DNA of 64,000 nt from an uncultured Clostridia bacterium. Lineage in GTDB: Bacteria > Bacillota > Clostridia > Oscillospirales > Ruminococcaceae. The DNA lies in contig CANQUM010000004.1 in assembly GCA_947627045.1 (NCBI GenBank), forward strand, positions 33,335 through 97,334. The letters run 5' to 3'. Below, one piece after another: positions 58,129-64,000 of this stretch (positions are counted from its first letter, which is position 1; every line of letters begins with the position of its first letter). The notes under the pieces were generated by a model. It searched no databases. It had not been told where the DNA came from and saw only the letters and a list, made by a program, of their open reading frames with translations. The position numbers and the translations under genes are program-made.

Positions 58129-58563
58129 CTATTTATTTTCGTTTTCCTTTTTCTTTCTCCTAAAATCAAGATAGCTTTCTAAAATGATAGTCGCCGCCAC
58201 CTGGTCTATGACCTCTTTTCTTTTTTTGCCCCTTGTATTGGTTTCATTTAAAAAATTATGTGCCGACACGGTAGTTGAACGCTCGTCCCACATATTCACG
58301 GGAATATCTACAAGCTCATTCAATGCGTCAGCAAACTGCCTGCATTTTTCTGCTCTCGGACCATAGCTTCCGTTCATATTAAGCGGCAGACCTACAATAA
58401 TTTCTCCAACCTCGTATTCCCCAGCCATATGTGCTACCTTTGTGACCAGTATATTAAAATTGCGTTCTTCTATTGTTCCAATGGGCGACGCTAAAAATTC
58501 CGTTCTGTCGCAAACAGCAAGTCCTGTTCTCGCATCGCCTAAATCTACTGCCATAATTTTCAT
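58129..58563 (-). CDS. ruvX: Holliday-junction-resolvase-like nuclease RuvX/YqgF
   Basis: 144 aa. MKIMAVDLGDARTGLAV. DERSTT motif. Confidence 0.85.
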   Translation of the reverse strand: MKIMAVDLGDARTGLAVCDRTEFLASPIGTIEERNFNILVTKVAHMAGEYEVGEIIVGLPLNMNGSYGPRAEKCRQFADALNELVDIPVNMWDERSTTVSAHNFLNETNTRGKKRKEVIDQVAATIILESYLDFRRKKKENENK

Positions 58564-58580
58564 ATATATTTCCCCTAAAC

Positions 58581-59318
58581 TTACACATTAATCTGACTTA
58601 GCGTTTCACCGATCTTCTCGTGAATCACCAAATCAGCGTTATTATCCATATCAGTTTTATCTCTGTTTATAAGAACAAGATTTTTACCCCTGAAATACCT
58701 TACCAGCGACGCCGCAGGATAAACTACTAATGACGTTCCTCCGATAATAAGCATATCCGCTTTGTCTATCATATTTATTGCCCCGGAAATAATGTTATTG
58801 TCAAGCCCTTCCTCATATAAAACGACATCCGGCTTTACTCTTCCTCCGCAGGCATCACATAACGGAACACCTGTGCTGTTCTTTATATATATAGCGTCGA
58901 AAAATTTATGGCATTTCTCACAATAGTTTCTGTGAACTGAACCGTGCAGCTCATAAACATTCTTACTGCCTGCTAACTGATGAAGCCCGTCTATATTCTG
59001 AGTGATAACGCATGACAGCTTGCCCTTATCCTCAAGCTCAGCTAGCTTTTTATGCGCTTGATTCGGCTTTATATCAAGGGCAATCATTTTATCCTTGTAG
59101 AACTTAAAGAACTCCTCCGGCTTATTTACATAAAAAGTATGCGAAAGCATCTGCTCAGGCGGGTAGTCATATTTCTGATTATATAAACCGTCAACACTTC
59201 TGAAGTCAGGTATGCCGCTCTCGGTTGACACTCCCGCACCCCCGAAAAATACTATAGAACTGTTTTCATCAATCATTTTCTGAAGAAGTTTGATTTTTTC
59301 ATCATAACTGTTATCCAA
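58581..59318 (-). CDS. cobB: NAD-dependent protein deacylase (canonical short sirtuin)
   Basis: 245 aa. GAGVSTESGIPDFRS, TQNIDGLH, catalytic HG, zinc ribbon CEKC...CDAC. Confidence 0.85.
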   Translation of the reverse strand: MDNSYDEKIKLLQKMIDENSSIVFFGGAGVSTESGIPDFRSVDGLYNQKYDYPPEQMLSHTFYVNKPEEFFKFYKDKMIALDIKPNQAHKKLAELEDKGKLSCVITQNIDGLHQLAGSKNVYELHGSVHRNYCEKCHKFFDAIYIKNSTGVPLCDACGGRVKPDVVLYEEGLDNNIISGAINMIDKADMLIIGGTSLVVYPAASLVRYFRGKNLVLINRDKTDMDNNADLVIHEKIGETLSQINV

Positions 59319-59365
59319 GTCTTTCCCTCCCTAGAATAGTTATAAAATATATATTAATTTAATTT

Positions 59366-60379
59366 CTATTTATAACAATCAAAAATCTCCTTTAACCTTT
59401 TCTTTGCCTCATTAACAATTTTTTCAGGACCCAAAATTCTGGCATTGGTACCGAAAGTAAACAGCCAGCCCCAAAAAGTCGGGCTTATCTCAACATCAAC
59501 ATTTATGCTGAATCTGCCGTCATTCTTTTTGTTAATTAAGACCTTGCTTCCGAATCTGTCGATAACAACATTGATAAGCGAATTGTCAAACTCAATTTCA
59601 ACATTTTCCCTATCACCGCCGTACATATCGTATGTAGCCCTAAGACTTTTAACTATCTCATTTTCATCAACAGTCAGCAAACGTCTTTTATCCTCGCAGA
59701 TCCTGACATCTGTTATTCTGTCAACTCTGTATCTGCATAGCTTTTCGTGCTTATTGCAATAACAGATTAGATAGTATTTATCATTTTCCCATATAAGCTG
59801 ATACGGAGATACACTGTAAATCTCACCTCCGTGACGGAACTGTGCCTTTTTATCAATGCTGTATTCATAGTATTTGAATTCAATCTGATAGTTAGAGAAA
59901 ATCGCCTCGTGAATAGTATTTATATTGTAATAAATACGCTCATTAAAGGTCTTTGTACGGTTTGCAACATACACATTTCTTCTTAATCCCTGCGCTTTGT
60001 ATTTAGAGGTCAGCGTCTGCAGCTTGCCGATAAGCTCATCAGATTTTTTCTTTGTCAGAAAAACCGATGAGGATACTGCGTCTGCTAGAACATATAGCTC
60101 TTCGTCCTGAAAGGTCCTCGAACCGACATAATAAGCGTTTGCGTGCCCTCTTTTAATTGCCAAAATGTCAAGCCCGCTCTCCTGCAAAGACGTTATGTCA
60201 TCATAAATGGTCTTTCTTTCAGCCTTAATGCCGTATGCTTCAAGTTTTGAAATAAGCTCCTTTCCCGTCAGAGAATGAGTCTCGTCGGTCTCATTAAGCA
60301 AAATTTTCTCCAATATCAACAGCTTTAGCTTTTGTCTCGAAAAGCCTCCATTTGAAACAAGATTATAATTCGTCTCCAT
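59366..60379 (-). CDS. HTH plus WYL-domain transcriptional regulator
   Basis: 337 aa. N-terminal winged HTH (LKLLILEKILLNETD...LTGKELISKL). Central WYL-like segment (YYLICYCNKHEKLCRYRVDRITDV). C-terminal extension domain. Confidence 0.7.
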   Translation of the reverse strand: METNYNLVSNGGFSRQKLKLLILEKILLNETDETHSLTGKELISKLEAYGIKAERKTIYDDITSLQESGLDILAIKRGHANAYYVGSRTFQDEELYVLADAVSSSVFLTKKKSDELIGKLQTLTSKYKAQGLRRNVYVANRTKTFNERIYYNINTIHEAIFSNYQIEFKYYEYSIDKKAQFRHGGEIYSVSPYQLIWENDKYYLICYCNKHEKLCRYRVDRITDVRICEDKRRLLTVDENEIVKSLRATYDMYGGDRENVEIEFDNSLINVVIDRFGSKVLINKKNDGRFSINVDVEISPTFWGWLFTFGTNARILGPEKIVNEAKKRLKEIFDCYK

Positions 60380-60434
60380 TACTTTCTTTTCCTCGCATTA
60401 TCTATTAAATCAACATCTATCATAAAATCATACG

Positions 60435-60671
60435 CTAATTTTTAGTTTTATCAAACTCATTTTTTCTCCTGAAATCAGAAACCTTTACCTTTGTTCCGTC
60501 AGGACGCAAAAGCTCTGTATGTTCAAGCTGCTGAGTGAGATTTCTTACATAACTTTGACGATACTCGTCTCTCAGCCTTTTCTGCTCTAACAATTCCTCC
60601 TTAGTCAGCCTGCGTTCCTTTGAAAGTCGGTAAAGCTGCGAAATTCTATCCAGTTTCTCCTTTTCCATCAT
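60435..60671 (-). CDS. DUF896/UPF0291 (YnzC-like) small protein
   Basis: 78 aa. RISQLYRLSKERRLTKEELLEQKRLRDEY matches the DUF896 helical pattern. Confidence 0.65.
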   Translation of the reverse strand: MMEKEKLDRISQLYRLSKERRLTKEELLEQKRLRDEYRQSYVRNLTQQLEHTELLRPDGTKVKVSDFRRKNEFDKTKN

Positions 60672-60807
60672 CTATTCCTTTCCAATACAACTTTAAAAAT
60701 ATGTAATTTATTTTATCACATCTTTTTACAAAAATCAATGCAGAATTTAATAATTGTCCAAAAAAGTTCCCAGAAATTATTTTTTATAAAAAAATTCAAA
60801 AAATGTA

Positions 60808-60836
60808 TTGACAAATTTTATCTTTGGATATATCAT
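60808..60836 (+). promoter_or_regulatory. Sigma-A-type promoter upstream of the 76-aa ORF
   Basis: TTGACA, 17 nt, TATCAT. Confidence 0.4.
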
Positions 60837-60915
60837 AAAAATTGTAAAAAGAACATTTGTTCTATGTATTTAGCTGGATATATAAATTACATTTTCAAGA
60901 AAGGACATAAAAATT

Positions 60916-61146
60916 ATGGAAAACTTATTCAGGGCTTATATTAAGACAGCCGACGCTTTAAAAAAACAAATTGAATACTTAAAAACAAAGATCAATGAAT
61001 CAACTGATGTTGACGAAAGAAAGGCTCTTTCAAAGCGCTCAGAAACACTTTATTCTGAATATCTTGACGTTTTATTCAGTGCAAGAATGATTGAAAATTA
61101 CTTTAAACCCAAGCCAAATGTGAGCATTTCAAAAAAAGACGCTTGA
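60916..61146 (+). CDS. Hypothetical helical small protein
   Basis: 76 aa, predicted all-helical and charged. AAGAAAGGA RBS region upstream. No family recognised. Confidence 0.4.
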   Translation: MENLFRAYIKTADALKKQIEYLKTKINESTDVDERKALSKRSETLYSEYLDVLFSARMIENYFKPKPNVSISKKDA

Positions 61147-61180
61147 TTAGAGATTAAAATGAAAGGAAATCGTTTATTTG

Positions 61181-61507
61181 ATGAGAAAATATACAAATAA
61201 GAGAGTGCCTATTGAATTTCTGTATTTAGATCAGGGTGTTAAACTTGGCGAATATGCTTCGACCTCTAACAAGCAGATAATCAAATTCCTTCGCGAGATA
61301 ATAAATAATGATTTGACAAAAACTCAGAAACAATATATCATTATGTATTATATGAACAATATGAAAATCCACGAGATAGCACATGAATGCGGAGTTAATA
61401 AATCAACCGTATCAAGAACTATCACGCGGGCTAAAAACCGAATTTATGAAAGGTTAAAATATACCAATTTCAGGAGCTTTATTGATAATGAAAACGCCGA
61501 TATATGA
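61181..61507 (+). CDS. Sigma-70 region-4-like / YlxM-like HTH small protein
   Basis: LTKTQKQYIIMYYMNNMKIHEIAHECGVNKSTVSRTITRAKNRIYERL is a region-4-type HTH. Confidence 0.55.
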   Translation: MRKYTNKRVPIEFLYLDQGVKLGEYASTSNKQIIKFLREIINNDLTKTQKQYIIMYYMNNMKIHEIAHECGVNKSTVSRTITRAKNRIYERLKYTNFRSFIDNENADI

Positions 61508-62873
61508 TTTCTTAAATGAATACAAAAGTAAAAACGGAATCAGGTTTCATATGCCCGGACACAAAGGCAAAGGTCCTGATGAATTAAGTACCGTCTCCCC
61601 TTTTGATATAACTGAAATCTCAGGCGCTGATTTTCTTTTCAGCACATCTGAAAACGGAATAATATGCGAAAGTGAAAAAAACGCTTCACATCTTTTTAAT
61701 TCAGCTCTTACTATTTATTCAACCGAAGGCTCTACACTTGCAATAAAAACAATGCTTTTTCTTGCAGTTAAAGGCAAACGAAGAAAAATTCTTGCCGCAA
61801 GAAATGTACATAAATCATTTATAAACGCCTGTGCGTTGATCGACATTGATGTTGACTGGATCTTTCCCTATGAAGAGATAAGTTCCGTGTGCACAATGAA
61901 ACTGTCTGCTGATGATTTGGAAAATGCTTTGTCTTTTTACAAAAAAAACGAGTTGCCCAGTGCCGTTTACATTACAACTCCTGATTATCTTGGAAATATG
62001 CTTGATATACACAGCCTTTCTAAAGTTTGCAAAAAATACGAAATCCCCCTGCTTGTTGACAATGCTCACGGTGCATATCTTAACTTTTTATCAAACAATA
62101 TTCATCCCTTAAATCTCGGTGCTGATATGTGCTGCGACTCGGCACATAAAACGCTTTCCTGCCTTACGGGAGGCGCTTATCTACACATTTCAAAAAGCAC
62201 AGATGATGAGTTCAAAAGCAGAGCAAATGTCAAAGAAGCAATGCAGATTTTTGCAACGACATCTCCGTCGTATCTGATTTTGGCCTCTCTTGATTTATGC
62301 AACCGGCTTTTAAACACTGAAGAATTTTTTAATAGACTTGATAAAACCTGTAAAAAAGTCAAAAAGCTTAAAGGTGAAATTAAATCAATAGGCTTTGATT
62401 TAATTGACAGCCCGCATTCCGAACCACTCAAGCTGGTTTTGCTTACAAACAACTTGGACATTGACGGAAATGAGCTTCTTTACCTGCTTGAAGAACATAA
62501 CATCTACTGTGAATATGCAGATATTTCAGCAGTAGTTTTAATGATCTCACCCGAAAATAATGATGACGACTTCAATGCTCTATTGTCTGCATTGAAAAAA
62601 ATAAAAGACTCACTAAGGGAAAATTCACATTCTAATATATCAAATACCGATTTTTCTATTGCAAAGCCTGAAAAAAATATGTCAATAAGGAATGCTTTAT
62701 TCAGTAAATACGAAACAATTCCCATTGAAAAAGCACTGGGAAGAATATGCACATCTTCTGTATCAATTTGCCCGCCGTGTATTCCTTTGGCAGTAAGCGG
62801 TGAGGTTTTTGACCGAAATACTATTAATTTGCTCAAAAGGTATAGCATTTTTTCTGTTAATGTGGTAAAATGA
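61482..62873 (+). CDS. Orn/Lys/Arg decarboxylase-family PLP enzyme (YaaO-like)
   Basis: 463 aa. FHMPGHKG N-terminal motif, DSAHKTL PLP-lysine motif. Sits upstream of holB, as yaaO does in Bacillus. Confidence 0.8.
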   Translation: MIMKTPIYDFLNEYKSKNGIRFHMPGHKGKGPDELSTVSPFDITEISGADFLFSTSENGIICESEKNASHLFNSALTIYSTEGSTLAIKTMLFLAVKGKRRKILAARNVHKSFINACALIDIDVDWIFPYEEISSVCTMKLSADDLENALSFYKKNELPSAVYITTPDYLGNMLDIHSLSKVCKKYEIPLLVDNAHGAYLNFLSNNIHPLNLGADMCCDSAHKTLSCLTGGAYLHISKSTDDEFKSRANVKEAMQIFATTSPSYLILASLDLCNRLLNTEEFFNRLDKTCKKVKKLKGEIKSIGFDLIDSPHSEPLKLVLLTNNLDIDGNELLYLLEEHNIYCEYADISAVVLMISPENNDDDFNALLSALKKIKDSLRENSHSNISNTDFSIAKPEKNMSIRNALFSKYETIPIEKALGRICTSSVSICPPCIPLAVSGEVFDRNTINLLKRYSIFSVNVVK

Positions 62874-63022
62874 ATTATAAGAGGCAAGAGCGGTGGGTCT
62901 CCGCCGGCACTCAGCTTTTGGAAGTTGAAATATATATTTTTGAACATCGACAGGCTAGCACCTAGAGGCAAGATACCTTGTCTATTGTTTCTAAATACCG
63001 AATTTTTGAAAAGGTAATCGTT

Positions 63023-64000
63023 ATGGAGAATTTTTCATTTTATGAAAATGAAATATTAAAGAACACAATACGTTCAATGATATTAAAAGACAGAGTAGTA
63101 AACTCATTTCTTGTTTACGGTGAAAAGGGCTTAGGTAAAAAAACTTCCGCTGATTATATATCCGCTGCACTTCTCTGTGAGAAAAAAAACGGAACTCCCT
63201 GCGGAGAATGTAAATCATGCAAAATGATTTTACACAAGACCCATCCCGATGTCATCTATGCCGAACCAAGCGGCAAAAGCGGAAACTACAAAATAGACAC
63301 TCTCCGTGAAATTGTTGAAAATGCACCAATTATGCCTAATGAAAGCAGGTATAAAATATATATCATTGCAGATATGGACAATACTCTTGTTCCTGCGCAA
63401 AACGCACTCCTTAAACTGATTGAGGAACCGCCCGACCACTGTGTTATAATACTGACTGCTCAGGCACGAACTTCGCTTTTGCCGACAATTATTTCAAGAG
63501 TAGTTTCTCTATCGGTTCACGAGGTAACCAGAGGCTCTTGTGAAAAGGCACTTGCAGAGTACGGGTATAACTCGGGAGAGATTCAAAAAAGTGTTGAAAT
63601 TCTTGGCGGAAATATAGGAAAGTGCAAAAGCTATCTAGAAAATGAGGATATAGCTGACGCTGTAACTATAACTAAGAACATTACAGACGCTGTTATTACG
63701 GGTGATGAATATTTAATTCTTAAAGAATTCAGCGAGCTTGCCGGTGCAAAGCCTATGACCTTAATGGTCTTAAAGCTTCTTTGCGAGGTCATAAGAGACG
63801 CTGTGTCTTATCACGCAGGGTGCGGTGAAAAAACGCTTATAAGCTCATACAAAAGCGGAGCTGTCAGATTGTCAGAACAAATAACTAATGCAAAAGCAAG
63901 AAGACTATATCTTGTGATTAATAAATATATTGAAAGAATAAATTCAAACGGAAATCTAAGTCTTGCGCTTAACTCTCTATGCTCTGAAATTAAAGAAAAT
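63023..64000 (+). CDS. holB: DNA polymerase III delta' subunit, running off the window end
   Basis: Manual translation MENFSFYENEILKNTIRSMILKDRVVNSFLVYGEKGLGKKT...CGECKSCKMILHKTHPDV...NALLKLIEEPP. Open in frame to position 64000. Absent from the ORF track because no stop is reached. Confidence 0.85.
   Translation, partial: MENFSFYENEILKNTIRSMILKDRVVNSFLVYGEKGLGKKTSADYISAALLCEKKNGTPCGECKSCKMILHKTHPDVIYAEPSGKSGNYKIDTLREIVENAPIMPNESRYKIYIIADMDNTLVPAQNALLKLIEEPPDHCVIILTAQARTSLLPTIISRVVSLSVHEVTRGSCEKALAEYGYNSGEIQKSVEILGGNIGKCKSYLENEDIADAVTITKNITDAVITGDEYLILKEFSELAGAKPMTLMVLKLLCEVIRDAVSYHAGCGEKTLISSYKSGAVRLSEQITNAKARRLYLVINKYIERINSNGNLSLALNSLCSEIKEN

Noticed and set aside
58581-59318. The SIR2-domain protein as an anti-phage effector (Thoeris ThsA, DSR or SIR2-HerA type) controlled by the adjacent WYL regulator.
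   Set aside because: It is 245 aa with the full canonical sirtuin signature and zinc ribbon. There are no fused SLOG, TIR, helicase or Ago partner genes. It looks like housekeeping CobB.

Overview
The window looks like a low-GC Firmicutes/Clostridia chromosomal segment, probably Oscillospiraceae/Ruminococcaceae-like. spoIIID is present, so the organism is likely a spore former. Coding is dense, mostly on the minus strand, and almost entirely housekeeping. Recognisable genes:
- c-di-AMP synthesis: cdaA-cdaR.
- Aromatic amino acids: pheA, aroE-aroK.
- Proteolysis: a ClpE-type AAA+ chaperone.
- ECF transporter and neighbours: truA-ecfT-ruvB-ecfA2-ecfA1-cdd.
- Cell wall and recombination: glmM, a class A PBP, ruvA-ruvC, ruvX.
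- Glycolysis: pgk-tpiA-gpmI.
- Pyrimidines: pyrC-pyrF.
- Branched-chain amino acids: ilvD, leuC-leuD-ybjQ-leuB.
- Other: one tRNA-Leu(GAG), asnB, ahcY, glcK, queH, cobB, a YaaO-like decarboxylase and holB.
- Two secreted glycoside hydrolases: a GH5 lipoprotein with a PASTA tail, and a GH59-like multidomain enzyme.

I found no CRISPR array, rRNA, transposase, integrase, or recognisable multi-gene defence or secondary-metabolite cluster.

The unusual content is mostly non-coding:
1. A structured repeat family (CCCGCC...caaaggcgg) at gene 3' ends. Four tandem ~95-bp units lie at 18.63-19.0 kb and a fifth copy overlaps the degV 3' end at 38.3 kb.
2. A ~200-bp GC-rich multi-hairpin insert with 10-bp terminal inverted repeats, wedged between ecfA1 and ecfA2.
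3. A ~1.9-kb nearly ORF-free AT-rich gap next to tRNA-Leu. It holds a 43-codon ORF with a near-consensus RBS behind a structured leader.
4. An 8-copy heptanucleotide repeat upstream of pgk.

Smaller protein-level oddities are an orphan holin pair, a SLOG/RHH/XRE mini-island, split half-size TSUP genes and ruvB inside the ecf operon. All functional calls come from reading the translations and recalling family motifs. No database search was run.
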